Virus record (IMG/VR): IMGVR_UViG_3300032320_001596
Location: 1-24,009 of that record
DNA length: 24,009 nt
Direction: 5' to 3' (one strand)
Source of the DNA: a virus
Taxonomy: Duplodnaviria > Caudoviricetes
Under the pieces are notes generated by a model. That model was not told where the DNA came from. It made no database searches and saw nothing but the letters and a program-made list of their open reading frames with translations. Position 1 is the stretch's first letter; the number at the start of each line of letters is the position of its first letter. Position numbers and translations under genes: made by a program. This document shows, piece after piece, positions 1 through 10,152 of the stretch.

Positions 1-369
1 CAATGGTGTTCCATCACCACCTGGTGCCAAAACTCTTAAATATCCAGCTTGCCAGTTTAATTCCAATTCCACAGCGCATTGAAGGGAAACACCTTTATCG
101 CCACCTCTTCCAGTGTTGAATGTTCCTTTGCCTAATCCAGCGCGATTTGCACCAACAACAATTCGATCTAATTCAGTAAGAATAATATCGTATTCAAGTG
201 TTTCATTTCCATCAGCAAGAACACTATCTAATGGCTTTAATCCACCAGATTCAACAATCAATTCAATAATGGCTTTCAAAATGAAATTCATTTCATCACC
301 AGTTATTGTTCTGTTTCCGTTTTTTTTAATTGTTGAATTGATTCTATCAATTACTTCAGCTTCAGTCAT
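1..369 (-). CDS. Putative tail fibre / distal tail protein, N-terminal 123 aa, runs off window edge (absent from ORF track)
   Basis: Hand translation from ATG at 369: MTEAEVIDRINSTIKKNGNRTITGDEMNFILKAII...GGDKGVSLQCAVELELNWQAG..., open to base 1; starts 3 nt after the 713-aa gene stop; IKxNGNxxITG resembles Bacteroidota phage tail N-termini. Confidence 0.7.
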   Translation of the reverse strand, partial: MTEAEVIDRINSTIKKNGNRTITGDEMNFILKAIIELIVESGGLKPLDSVLADGNETLEYDIILTELDRIVVGANRAGLGKGTFNTGRGGDKGVSLQCAVELELNWQAGYLRVLAPGGDGTPL

Positions 370-372
370 ATT

Positions 373-2514
373 TTAAGAATTGAAATCTACATTGAAATCT
401 GAATTATAATCACCAGAACCAACTTTCTTATTTGATAAATAAGTGATTGTAACTGGCGAAACATTAGATTTCGATAGTGTAAATTTCAACTCTTTTACAA
501 TTCCAACAAAGGACATATTGCGCTGCTGAATAGTGTGAATCGGTTGTTTCCATTTCATTATTTCAAGAATGTTTTGAAATGAAAGGTTAAGATTCTTTTC
601 AATTTGGCGATTGTAAATTTTAACCAAATTCATAAACTTTGCATAAATATCTAAATGTGAATCTTCATCATTGAAGTAAATTGAAGCTGTTCCAAATGCG
701 CCAACATAATTGATGAATTCACCAAAATATTCAACATTATTTGATTGAATAGAATTTGAATTATAGCAAATTAATCTTTCTTCAGAAAATTCTGCTGGTG
801 GATTAATACCATCAGAACCAATTGTGAAATCAATCAGATAATTTCCACGATATAAGCCAATATTTAACTTTTCATTTGCAATCCAATCATTTTCATTATA
901 AGCTTCAGATTTTGCAAGAAAAGGAACATGCAATGTTGTTGGCTTTTTATTCTGTGAAACCATTGGCAAATAATTCACTTCTTCAATAACAGGATCATTT
1001 GTTGAAATTCCAATTGTTTTATCCTGGAATTTATCAGTTGCAAATCCATTGATAAAATCTAAATATTTCCATGATTCTTCGCCAAGGCCATAACCAAAAA
1101 GTAAAGGTTTTGAATCCAGTTCTTCATAAGTATAATCTGGAAGGCAAAATTTTGATAAATCAGCTGCTTTTGTATTGATTGCAATTCTTTGAATGGTTAA
1201 TTTATTATTCACCAAATCAAATGAAATTCCAAAAAGCGTGCGCAAAGTTTTAAAAATATCGATCAGTTTATTTGCTGGCTTGAAATTGTTCAAATCCAAA
1301 TATTGACCATGAACATTGTATTGATAGCCATCTTCATCTTGGCGCAAATCTTGAACTTTACCAGAAAAATATATCAATTCTTGATATTCATCAATGCTGT
1401 TTAATATTGAACTATCCACATTTAGCTTCAAAAATTCAAGTGATTTTTCAAATAAATGTTTCACTTTTAAGCAAGGAGAAACAGTTGTTTGCCAATTATT
1501 TGTGAAATCTTGAATCAATCCAGTTCCTTGTGTTGAAGTTGTAATGGACCACGCACCAGGCAAAGTTCCAATGGCTGAATCATCAGTTGTTCCACCTTTT
1601 ACATTTCTGATATAGATTCCATTTGTTGGTGTTCCAATCAATGTAAAAAACTCAAAATCTTCAACAACATTTAAGATTTCACCAATCATTTGTGAACGTA
1701 CTTCTTCAGCTGTTGCAGTATAAGTTAATTGAACTCTTATTCCTGTTCTGCCTGAAACAACTGGATCAACTCCTATTGGTGTAAATCCAAAAATGCGCTG
1801 GAACCAAACATAATATCGATTAAAATTATTTGCAGAATTGATTGTAAAATATTCGCCACCAGAAAGCGAAGCAGAATCATCAACTTCTAAATAAGTAACT
1901 TCTTGAATTGGAAGCAATACACCAATATTTTTCACATGTTCACCAGTTGCCAAATCATAACGATTGGCGCACCAATTATTTTGATTCATGCCTTTATTAA
2001 TGGCAGCACCATTTTCACCATTGATTTTCCATTCTTCGCGCGGAAAAGCTTCAATTGGTGGAAACTTAAAATCACCAACATTCACAGCTTCATTCTGTGG
2101 CAAAGTAGCATTCATCAAATCATTCCAAGCTTGAATTTTTTCTTCTGGAGTATCTTCAAAATCATAAACCTGAATTGTTTGCAATTCAATTTGATCAAAT
2201 CCAATATTTTCTAAAGATTGTCGCAAATCCAAACCTTCATTTTTTATCATTATAGAAATTCCACTTGAATCGCGTTTCATTCTTGCAACTCCAGTTGTTA
2301 TTTTATGCGATTGAAATGAAAGTGTAATCTTTGGTGATTTTTGGAAATACTTATTGTAAATAGCAATGTTTCTTGGCGAAGCTTTTAATGAAAATGAATA
2401 AGTGAAAATTTCATTGAATCCTGTTTCAGAAACCAAAGGATTGGAAGCCACAATTGGCACTTGAATATCTTCAGGCAAATCGAAAACATCTGAATTGATT
2501 CTAATTTCTAACAT
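373..2514 (-). CDS. Putative phage tail/baseplate structural protein (713 aa)
   Basis: Long ORF in tail operon; N-terminal ...NP...FTYSFSL..SPRN segment and C-terminal GDYNSDFNVDFN motif resemble Bacteroidota phage tail proteins. Confidence 0.6.
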   Translation of the reverse strand: MLEIRINSDVFDLPEDIQVPIVASNPLVSETGFNEIFTYSFSLKASPRNIAIYNKYFQKSPKITLSFQSHKITTGVARMKRDSSGISIMIKNEGLDLRQSLENIGFDQIELQTIQVYDFEDTPEEKIQAWNDLMNATLPQNEAVNVGDFKFPPIEAFPREEWKINGENGAAINKGMNQNNWCANRYDLATGEHVKNIGVLLPIQEVTYLEVDDSASLSGGEYFTINSANNFNRYYVWFQRIFGFTPIGVDPVVSGRTGIRVQLTYTATAEEVRSQMIGEILNVVEDFEFFTLIGTPTNGIYIRNVKGGTTDDSAIGTLPGAWSITTSTQGTGLIQDFTNNWQTTVSPCLKVKHLFEKSLEFLKLNVDSSILNSIDEYQELIYFSGKVQDLRQDEDGYQYNVHGQYLDLNNFKPANKLIDIFKTLRTLFGISFDLVNNKLTIQRIAINTKAADLSKFCLPDYTYEELDSKPLLFGYGLGEESWKYLDFINGFATDKFQDKTIGISTNDPVIEEVNYLPMVSQNKKPTTLHVPFLAKSEAYNENDWIANEKLNIGLYRGNYLIDFTIGSDGINPPAEFSEERLICYNSNSIQSNNVEYFGEFINYVGAFGTASIYFNDEDSHLDIYAKFMNLVKIYNRQIEKNLNLSFQNILEIMKWKQPIHTIQQRNMSFVGIVKELKFTLSKSNVSPVTITYLSNKKVGSGDYNSDFNVDFNS

Positions 2515-2515
2515 C

Positions 2516-5314
2516 TTAAATGTTTACAAGTGTTATTCCATAATCAGCCAATCCATCACCAGCATAAGCACCAGTTCCATCAATGATTGCTTGTGCAACT
2601 GAATTCACAACAACTTCTGATGTGATTCTGATTTCAAAGGCATTATCATAAGATTTTCTGAAATTCCAAATTTCACGAATCAGCAATTCAAAATTATCAA
2701 CTGAAATATTACTGTTGTTCAAAATCAAAAATTCCAAATCTTTTTGAAATCCAAGATTTAATTGATAAATTGTTGTATTAATGAAAGTTATTTCTTCCAA
2801 TTTATTCAATGCTGTAAGATAATAATTTCCAGCAGCGCAATTGGTGATTATCAAATCTTTTAAACTATTAAATTTTGAAAAATCAAAATTATTGGATGCG
2901 TTCTGAATGGTGAATTGTGTGATGTCAAAAAATGAAGGTTTTGAAATACGAATCAATTTTTTTCCATTTGTGCTGTAACTTTTTGTAAACAAAGAAGCTG
3001 TTGAAACAGTTACATCATCGACAGTTCCATCACTCCAATCAATGCGCATTGGTGTGCCACCGGTATAAATTGAACTGAATCTAATTATAGCAGTATTTGC
3101 CATTGCAAAAACTTCATATTTCAATTCATCCCATTGATTGTTTATTTGTTTTCGCACTACTTTTTGAACATCATTAACACTACAATTTAATTCCAGTGTT
3201 AAAATTCCTTCTGTTGTGATTGCTGTTCCTGTGTACCACTGTTGTGTTGGAACATAAGTGAATTCACCAAGTTCAATCCCTTCTTTATAAATCTTAATTG
3301 AACCAAAATCAGTGATGTTTAATAAGTTTCTTTTCAATGAAACAATTGAAAAACCAATTGAATTTGTTTTCAAAATCTCAAAATCTGGAAGCACTTCATA
3401 GTAAGAAACGCGGTTGCTTTCATTTGCTCGCACCAAATCCAATTGAATTTTTTGAAGAAACGCATTCACTTTATAAACAGCCGTTGTTCCGGCGTTAATT
3501 ACTACAGGAATGAAATTGCCATTTTCCAAAATGAAAGTAATTGTTGAATTTAACAACGGCATCAATCGTTCAGCTTCGATATTTTTCAACATCATTGTTT
3601 CAGCTTGGTAACTGATCAATGCTTTTGAATCAAAAATATAATTCTGTGGGAATAAGGTATCAAGCGCATAGCTTTCTGTGCGTGTTGCTAATTCTTGCGA
3701 AGTGGTGATATTTTGTTGCCAATTTGCCGAAAGAATGAAACTTTCAGGAATACCAAATGAATTAAAATAAACAATTTGTTTTGTTAAACAAGATTTTTCA
3801 GGATAGAAAGTTTGAATTGCTTCTATTTCATTTGAAACATTTCTTCCGTTTACAGAAAAACTTATAATATATGGATTTTCAATAATTTCAAAATTTCCAT
3901 AAGGAAATTCATCTGCTGTATTTAAAAATCCACAATAAACTAATCCTTCTATACCACCTATATAACATTTCCATACCCCATCAAATTTAACAAAAGGCGA
4001 TAATGATTCTAACCCAAATTTCCTTTTTCCATTTTCAAAACCTGAAGGTGATAAAGTATAATTTGTAGGAACTGCACCCGGATAATTGGTTGTATAAAAA
4101 CCAAATATTAAATCATTTATTTTATATTTTCGTGTTTCCCATCTTTGTATGTAAACACTTTCAATTTCAGGATTATCGGTTAGAAACTGATCTATTTGTT
4201 CTTTAAAATTCACATCAAAACCTATGTTTTGAATATGTGATTCGAATGGATTGATTCTTTTATTTGACACCAAATTTTGGGTAAATTCATAAACAAAACT
4301 TTCACCTTCATAAATCACAGAACCATAAGCAATTGCATCAATTGTTAAGTAATGAATATCAGCTCCATTCATCCAAGCCAACCAATCAGATTGTTCTTTC
4401 AAAATGCGCTTTCCAGAAGGCCACCAAGTAAGAAATTTTCCGCTTGTGTTTTGTGCTGCAATTAAATCACTTGTGTAACTATCATCTGAAGAAGCTCCAC
4501 CCCAGTGTGCAAAAAGTGTTTCACTTGTTGTTTCAATTGCTTGTGTTTCGTTGGTAAATGTTTCTGAAAATTGAACATAATACCTTCTTAAATTTGGCGC
4601 AATGTAGCCAAATGTTTGTTCAAATGGCACAGGATATTCGCGCCAAGAAGCTTCAATTTCTGCATCAATATATTTTGAAACATCAACATGTGAAATTGAA
4701 TTTTCATCCAATACACAATCAATAGAGGTAACAAAATCAAAATTGCCAGAATTGTATTGTCTTTCTAAAAAAAGCGAAGCCTTCAATTCATATCCATCTC
4801 GCACCCCTGGTTGATGATAGGCAATTGAATTGGCTTCGCTTATGTATTTATCAGGTGAATCTGGTTGATTGCTTGTGAATTCAATCACCAATTCTTGGAT
4901 TGCTTCTTTTGCACGAATGATAAAAGAGGGTGTGCTGCCTGGAAACTCTATTATTGGAAATTCTAAATCATAAAAAGCATTTAAAATATATCTTTGTTGC
5001 AATTTTTCGAACATAATTGAACGAAATTCTGCCAATGTGCCAACAAATCCTGATCCTGGAATCTGCCATAAATTCAAATAGTTTTCTGCATTTGTTCCAT
5101 CCACAGCAACCAAATCAATGTTTTCCCTATTTCCATTTTCAGGATTAGTAAATGCAAATCTGTAAGTTGTTCCAATTGATGGAAGTTCTTCAAACAGCAA
5201 ACGAATAAATGGTTTAACAGTTGCAGTTTCAAAATACAAATTGGATTGAACTGTAAAATCAATTGCATTTTTCGTTAAAGAACAAATGTAAGGTTGTTTG
5301 GTTATTGTTATCAT
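2516..5314 (-). CDS. Putative phage tail structural protein (932 aa) with C-terminal PKD-like/leucine-rich-repeat-like region
   Basis: Long ORF coupled to neighbours; YFNSFGIPESF motif; IDWSDG and LxxLxIxN-type repeats near C-terminus. Confidence 0.55.
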   Translation of the reverse strand: MITITKQPYICSLTKNAIDFTVQSNLYFETATVKPFIRLLFEELPSIGTTYRFAFTNPENGNRENIDLVAVDGTNAENYLNLWQIPGSGFVGTLAEFRSIMFEKLQQRYILNAFYDLEFPIIEFPGSTPSFIIRAKEAIQELVIEFTSNQPDSPDKYISEANSIAYHQPGVRDGYELKASLFLERQYNSGNFDFVTSIDCVLDENSISHVDVSKYIDAEIEASWREYPVPFEQTFGYIAPNLRRYYVQFSETFTNETQAIETTSETLFAHWGGASSDDSYTSDLIAAQNTSGKFLTWWPSGKRILKEQSDWLAWMNGADIHYLTIDAIAYGSVIYEGESFVYEFTQNLVSNKRINPFESHIQNIGFDVNFKEQIDQFLTDNPEIESVYIQRWETRKYKINDLIFGFYTTNYPGAVPTNYTLSPSGFENGKRKFGLESLSPFVKFDGVWKCYIGGIEGLVYCGFLNTADEFPYGNFEIIENPYIISFSVNGRNVSNEIEAIQTFYPEKSCLTKQIVYFNSFGIPESFILSANWQQNITTSQELATRTESYALDTLFPQNYIFDSKALISYQAETMMLKNIEAERLMPLLNSTITFILENGNFIPVVINAGTTAVYKVNAFLQKIQLDLVRANESNRVSYYEVLPDFEILKTNSIGFSIVSLKRNLLNITDFGSIKIYKEGIELGEFTYVPTQQWYTGTAITTEGILTLELNCSVNDVQKVVRKQINNQWDELKYEVFAMANTAIIRFSSIYTGGTPMRIDWSDGTVDDVTVSTASLFTKSYSTNGKKLIRISKPSFFDITQFTIQNASNNFDFSKFNSLKDLIITNCAAGNYYLTALNKLEEITFINTTIYQLNLGFQKDLEFLILNNSNISVDNFELLIREIWNFRKSYDNAFEIRITSEVVVNSVAQAIIDGTGAYAGDGLADYGITLVNI

Positions 5315-5841
5315 GGTTCAGGGGTTATCCATTTAGTTGGATCAATCGCTGTGCTGATTCGCTCATTCAAGAAAAATGAACATTGCCAGCCAATGTATAA
5401 TCCAGTTGAATTTCTTATTTTATCAGATGGAATTAAACGAACATTTTCATATTCAAAACCACCATACAAAAATTCATTTTCAGAATAAGTTTTGGAATCA
5501 AAATTGATTTTATTAACAACTTCTTTAATCACATTTTCACATAAATCAAGCGCATCTTCTTCAGCATTCCAATCATCTTTTGAATAGGCTTGCAAAATCA
5601 TAAACATGAACTGTTTCTTTTGATTTACACAATCAATGCGCGAAAAATCAGTGATATAGTTGAATAGAACCATAAATGGACCAGCTTCAGCAGAAGGCAA
5701 TTGTGCAACTGTTCCTGAATAAAATTCAGCCATGTCCAATCGGAAAAACTTCTTATTTCCTTCAGCTTCAGTGTGTGCAATATCTACATTGGCAATTGCC
5801 AAAGATTTAAAGTATTCAACAGCATCTTTATATGTACTCAT
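5311..5841 (-). CDS. Phage protein, possible tail completion/terminator-like (176 aa)
   Basis: First gene of tail operon, ATGA overlap with the 932-aa gene; function inferred from position and size. Confidence 0.5.
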   Translation of the reverse strand: MSTYKDAVEYFKSLAIANVDIAHTEAEGNKKFFRLDMAEFYSGTVAQLPSAEAGPFMVLFNYITDFSRIDCVNQKKQFMFMILQAYSKDDWNAEEDALDLCENVIKEVVNKINFDSKTYSENEFLYGGFEYENVRLIPSDKIRNSTGLYIGWQCSFFLNERISTAIDPTKWITPEP

Positions 5842-5880
5842 GTTACAAAAGTCAATACTTTATCAGGAAAAAGTTAGGAC
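5842..5880 (-). promoter_or_regulatory. Putative late promoter (GTCCT...GACTTTTG-N4-ATG)
   Basis: Same motif and 27-nt offset as at 6017 and 20430. Confidence 0.65.
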
Positions 5881-5883
5881 AAC

Positions 5884-5915
5884 AAAAAAGCTCCAAACTT
5901 ACGAATGGAGCTTTT
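5884..5915 (-). terminator. Intrinsic terminator hairpin (possibly bidirectional)
   Basis: AAAAGCTCCA (5886-5895) / TGGAGCTTTT (5906-5915), 10-nt loop, U-tract on minus strand. Confidence 0.75.
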
Positions 5916-5962
5916 CTGCTTAAAAAAAAATCATGAAAAAACAAGTTTGTCAAAACTACTTG
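5884..5962 (-). ncRNA. Candidate small non-coding RNA (~75-80 nt)
   Basis: TATATTTGC -7 element at 5965-5973 upstream, terminator downstream, no ORF between; ACAAGT/ACTTGT 5' hairpin. Confidence 0.35.
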
Positions 5963-5964
5963 TG

Positions 5965-5999
5965 GCAAATATACAGCTTTTCGCAATATTCAATGCAAA
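5965..5999 (-). promoter_or_regulatory. Bacteroidota housekeeping-type promoter (TTTG ... TATATTTG)
   Basis: CAAATATA at 5966-5973 and CAAA at 5996-5999 on + strand. Confidence 0.5.
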
Positions 6000-6016
6000 T
6001 TTTCACTATTATCTAA

Positions 6017-6056
6017 GTCCTTTCACGCGCGCGTATAAATGTTGAATTTTGATATT
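6017..6056 (+). promoter_or_regulatory. Putative late promoter (GTCCT...GAATTTTG-N5-ATG)
   Basis: GTCC at 6017, GAATTTTG at 6044-6051, ATG at 6057; spacer contains palindrome ACGCGCGCGT (6025-6034). Confidence 0.65.
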
Positions 6057-6440
6057 ATGATAGATTTCAAAAAGTATGACATCAACAAAGCGCGTGAACT
6101 TGCAAAAAAGCATGGTGCAAATGTTACGCAACAAATGATGCAGAACATTCAGTCAATGGATTTGGTGCAAAAAGGAAATCTTCTTAAATCAATAAAATCA
6201 AGTGTGCGAAGTACCAAAGGCGAAGTTGATAGAATTCAATTTTCTTATGAATGGTATGGTAAATTCCATGAAATTGGAGTTGATAACGCATTTGGAAAAG
6301 GAGTAAAAATAAAAAAACAGCCTTGGCGATCAATGGCTATAAATCAAGAATTACCACAAATTTCAGAAGATTTTGCTGATTATTATGCGCAGTTGATTAT
6401 TGAAGAAATTCAAGTTGATTCTACAAAAATGGAAATGTAA
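6057..6440 (+). CDS. Phage virion morphogenesis / neck-type protein (127 aa; start moved from 6039 to 6057)
   Basis: GNLLKSIKS...YGKFHEIGV...QPW pattern resembles HK97 gp10-like morphogenesis proteins; TAATG coupling to tape measure; start chosen from the promoter motif. Confidence 0.55.
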   Translation: MIDFKKYDINKARELAKKHGANVTQQMMQNIQSMDLVQKGNLLKSIKSSVRSTKGEVDRIQFSYEWYGKFHEIGVDNAFGKGVKIKKQPWRSMAINQELPQISEDFADYYAQLIIEEIQVDSTKMEM

Positions 6441-9400
6441 TGGCTAAAACTAACATCTTTATTGACGGCACACAAGCTGGTCAAACATTGAAACAGATTG
6501 AAAAAAATGTAAAGCAATTAAACAATGAAATTCGCCAACTTCCGCGCAATTCTGAAGAATACAAGAATAAATTGAAAGAGCTTGGAACAGCATCAGCAGC
6601 ACTTACAAAACATCGCCAAGATGTGAAAGCTGTTTCTGATTCCTATGTTCCAGCAAAAAACAACATGAAATCATTGATTTCTGGCGCACTTCCATTTGTT
6701 GGAATTGCTGGATTGATTTCTGTTGGAATTCAAGGAATTTCTGCTGCTGTTGGTTCCTGGTATCGAAACAATAAAGAAATGGAAAAAAGCCTTTCTTCTT
6801 TGCAATCAATTACCGGAGCTTCAGCACAAGATATTGAATATTATAAAGAAACAGCAAAGGAAATGGGAAGAACAACAACACTTTCTGCAATCCAAGCTGT
6901 TGAAGCATTTAAGTTGATTGGTTCCGCGCGCCCAGATTTATTGAAAGACCGCGAAGCATTGGCCGCAGTTACACATGAAGCAATCATTTTATCTGAAGCA
7001 GCTGGAATGGAATTGGCACCAGCAGCACAAGCTTTGGCATCTTCCATGAATCAATTTAATCTTGGTGCTGATCAATCAAAAAGAATCATTAATACTTTGG
7101 CCGCTGGTTCTGTTGCTGGAGCTGCCGAAATTGAAGATTTAACCGCTTCCATTGATAGATTTGGAACTGTGGCAAATGCCAACAATGTAACAATTGAAGA
7201 ATCAGTTGCCTTGACTGAATTGCTTTCAGAAAAAAACATTAAAGGAGCTGAAGCTGGAACACAATTGCGAAATGTGTTATTGGCAATGTCAACAGCAAGC
7301 GCATTTGATGCCAAAGCAGTTGAAGAATTAGAAAGATTTGGTGTGAATGTTGAATTGGTAATGGATAAAACAGTGCCATTCAATGAAAGATTGCAAGAAA
7401 TGAGCAAAATTTCAGGTGATCAAACTGCTTTATTGCGCGTTTTTGGAAAAGAAAATGTTGTTGTTGGCCAAACGATTTTGCAAAATGTTGATCACTTTGA
7501 AAAATTGAATACTGCTGTTACAGGAACAAATACTGCTTATGTTCAAGCAAAAATAAATAATGATAATTTGGATGGCGATTTGAAGAAATTATCTTCTGCA
7601 TGGGAAGGATTGACACTTTCAACTTCAGCAGCACAATCACCAATGCGCGGAATTGTGCAAATTGGAACTGAAGTTTTGAATTGGATTTCAGATATTATTG
7701 GCTTATTAACTGAATGGGATGAATTGAAATTTGAAGAAGTTTTGCTTGATTTTGGAAAAGCATTAACTTACTTAAATCCAATGATGTTTCTTTTTGGTGA
7801 TTCCATTCGTGATGCCATTGATGAACAAGCAAGAATGAATCGATTAACACAAGAAGTTGTGGATGGCATGAAATCACAAGCTGATGAAGCGGCAACTTTA
7901 ACAATGGCATTGGACCAAAACAACAAAGCTTTAAGATCAAAGAATTTAACAGATTTGGAATCCAAAAAAATTCAAGATGAAAACGCATTAATTATTGAAC
8001 AATTAAATTCAAAATATCCTGAATTAACCAAAAATTATGATTTACAATCAGCTTCAGGCAGAGAATTAAGTAATTTACAAAAACAAATCACTGCTAATCT
8101 ATTGGATCAATCTATTGCAGCAGTTCAAGCAACTGAAGCTGAAAGATTATTGGCTGAAATGGTGCAACAATCAATGGCAATTGCAGAACAGCGCGCAACA
8201 GAACAAAACCGCTGGGGCTTAACCAATTTTGTTGCTGATATTTTCACAGATGATGCAGCTGATTTGGAAGAACAATTGAAAAAATCACAAGATCAATTGG
8301 AAAATTTACCAAATACAATGAAAGATGTATCTGGAAGAATCAAAGGATTGAATTTGAATTTTGGGCAAACCTTTGCAACACAAACACAATTGATTGAACA
8401 ATCTATTAATAAAATCAATGGATTGAAAGTAAATCAAAACTTGTTCAAAGGTTCTTGGATGGAAGATATTTTTAAAGGCCAAATGAAATCTGAAGAACAA
8501 ATCTTAAAGGTTTTGAAGGCACAATCTGAAGAAGAAAAAAAGAAGTTTATCCAAGATAAAAAAGAAGCAGAACAGAAAGAAAAAGCAGAAAAAGCGGCTG
8601 AAACTGCTGCTGCAAAATCCAAAGCAAAAGCGGATGCAGCAGCGCAAAAATGGAAGGAACTTCAAAAAACATTGGCTGATATTATTGCTTCTTCAGAAAA
8701 ATTCAAAATTGATTTTGAATATGAAAAAAGATTATCAGAATTCACAGATGAATTTGCCAAAGAAATGTTTGTTTTTGAAAGCGGAATCAAATCCAAATAT
8801 CAAAAAGAAATTGATTCTGCTCGCGAATTATCCAAGGAAAAGGGAAAAATTGGCGAAGATGCAGCAAAGGAATTGGCAGCACTTGAAACTTTACAAACTG
8901 AAGAATTAGAATTTGGAAAAGATGGAATTCGCAAAAAATGGCGCGCAAAAGGCGAAGCAGAATTTTTGGAATTTCAAGCTAATCAAACAGCGCAACAATT
9001 GGCACAAGCTGAAAGCTTAGAACAAGCCTTGATGGATATTAAAGTTGCACGCGCTTATGCTGCTGCTCAAGCTGTAAAAGATGGTGATTTGAAAACGCGC
9101 CAACAAGCAAATGAAGAATTAAATGCAGTATTGATTGAACAGCTTGAATTTGAAGCTAAATTAAAAGCTGAAGCACTTGCAAAGCAATTGAAGGAAGGCG
9201 AAATTAATCAAGCTGAATTTGACGCAAGAAAATTGGAAAATGAAACTTTATTAGCAGAACAAATTTCAGGCATTCAAACGCAAACACAAGAACAAACTTT
9301 GAAAATGTTTCAAGAAAGATTTGATTCAATTGTTAATTCCTTGCAACAGATTTCTTCAACAGCTTCAAAAATATTTGATGCGTATTTTAAAACACAATTA

Positions 9401-10123
9401 ACCAATATTGATACAGAAAAAAACACAGCAATTAAAGCAGAAGAACAAAGAATGCTTGCTGGATTGCAAACAAGGGAAGAATTTGAATTAAGAAAACAAG
9501 AAATTCAAGACGCAAGTGATAAAAAGCGCATTGAAGTTGAAAGAAAACAAGCAGAACGTGCTAAGCAAATAGCTATGTTTGAAGCTGCAATTAATTCTGC
9601 TGTGGCAGCTTCAAAAGTATTGGCGAATCCTTTCTTATTAGCTTTAACAATTGCTGCTGGAATTGCACAACAAGCAATGATTGCAGCAGAACCTTTACCG
9701 CAATTCCTTGATGGTGGATTCAGAAACATAATTGGCGCACAAGATGGAAAAACGTACAATGCACAAAAAGTTTCACCACTTAAAGGTGGTATGACACCAA
9801 ACACACCGTCTTATGCGCTGTTTTCAGAAGCTGGTCCAGAATACTTTGTGCCAAATAATTTATTGAAAGATGTTCGCGTTGCCAACATGGTAAATGCAAT
9901 TGAAGCAATCAGAACCAACCAGCAAGGAGCAAATGTTGGAATGAATGGAATGCCAGCAACCAATGGAATGAATGATAATCAATTAACTGCGTTATTGAAT
10001 GCAAATTTGGCAATCATGACTGCATTAAATGCCAAAATTCCAAACATGGGAGTTAAAATTGGTGATAAACAAATTGATGATATTTCCATTCGCACCAATG
10101 AATTGAATAGTTTCAAGGCATAA
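6440..10123 (+). CDS. Phage tail tape measure protein, TP901-family core (1227 aa)
   Basis: LSSLQSITGAS...AKEMGRTTTLSAIQAVEAFKLIGS...GAEAGTQLRNVL...NLDGDLKKLSSAWEGL core; long Ala/Glu/Lys/Gln-rich helical sequence. Confidence 0.92.
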   Translation: MAKTNIFIDGTQAGQTLKQIEKNVKQLNNEIRQLPRNSEEYKNKLKELGTASAALTKHRQDVKAVSDSYVPAKNNMKSLISGALPFVGIAGLISVGIQGISAAVGSWYRNNKEMEKSLSSLQSITGASAQDIEYYKETAKEMGRTTTLSAIQAVEAFKLIGSARPDLLKDREALAAVTHEAIILSEAAGMELAPAAQALASSMNQFNLGADQSKRIINTLAAGSVAGAAEIEDLTASIDRFGTVANANNVTIEESVALTELLSEKNIKGAEAGTQLRNVLLAMSTASAFDAKAVEELERFGVNVELVMDKTVPFNERLQEMSKISGDQTALLRVFGKENVVVGQTILQNVDHFEKLNTAVTGTNTAYVQAKINNDNLDGDLKKLSSAWEGLTLSTSAAQSPMRGIVQIGTEVLNWISDIIGLLTEWDELKFEEVLLDFGKALTYLNPMMFLFGDSIRDAIDEQARMNRLTQEVVDGMKSQADEAATLTMALDQNNKALRSKNLTDLESKKIQDENALIIEQLNSKYPELTKNYDLQSASGRELSNLQKQITANLLDQSIAAVQATEAERLLAEMVQQSMAIAEQRATEQNRWGLTNFVADIFTDDAADLEEQLKKSQDQLENLPNTMKDVSGRIKGLNLNFGQTFATQTQLIEQSINKINGLKVNQNLFKGSWMEDIFKGQMKSEEQILKVLKAQSEEEKKKFIQDKKEAEQKEKAEKAAETAAAKSKAKADAAAQKWKELQKTLADIIASSEKFKIDFEYEKRLSEFTDEFAKEMFVFESGIKSKYQKEIDSARELSKEKGKIGEDAAKELAALETLQTEELEFGKDGIRKKWRAKGEAEFLEFQANQTAQQLAQAESLEQALMDIKVARAYAAAQAVKDGDLKTRQQANEELNAVLIEQLEFEAKLKAEALAKQLKEGEINQAEFDARKLENETLLAEQISGIQTQTQEQTLKMFQERFDSIVNSLQQISSTASKIFDAYFKTQLTNIDTEKNTAIKAEEQRMLAGLQTREEFELRKQEIQDASDKKRIEVERKQAERAKQIAMFEAAINSAVAASKVLANPFLLALTIAAGIAQQAMIAAEPLPQFLDGGFRNIIGAQDGKTYNAQKVSPLKGGMTPNTPSYALFSEAGPEYFVPNNLLKDVRVANMVNAIEAIRTNQQGANVGMNGMPATNGMNDNQLTALLNANLAIMTALNAKIPNMGVKIGDKQIDDISIRTNELNSFKA

Positions 10124-10149
10124 AAAAAGCCACTTGTTAGGTGGCTTTT
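10122..10149. terminator. Bidirectional intrinsic terminator between convergent genes
   Basis: AAAAGCCAC-ttgttag-GTGGCTTTT with A/T tracts on both sides. Confidence 0.85.
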
Positions 10150-10152
10150 GGG

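Noticed and set aside
1-5314. Diversity-generating retroelement or invertible tail-fibre switch
   Set aside because: No reverse transcriptase, template/variable repeat pair or flanking inverted crossover sites noticed in the window
5933-6016. 27-codon + strand ORF (MKKQVCQNYLWQ...)
   Set aside because: Very short, overlaps promoter elements, no upstream promoter recognised; kept only as a caveat to the small RNA idea
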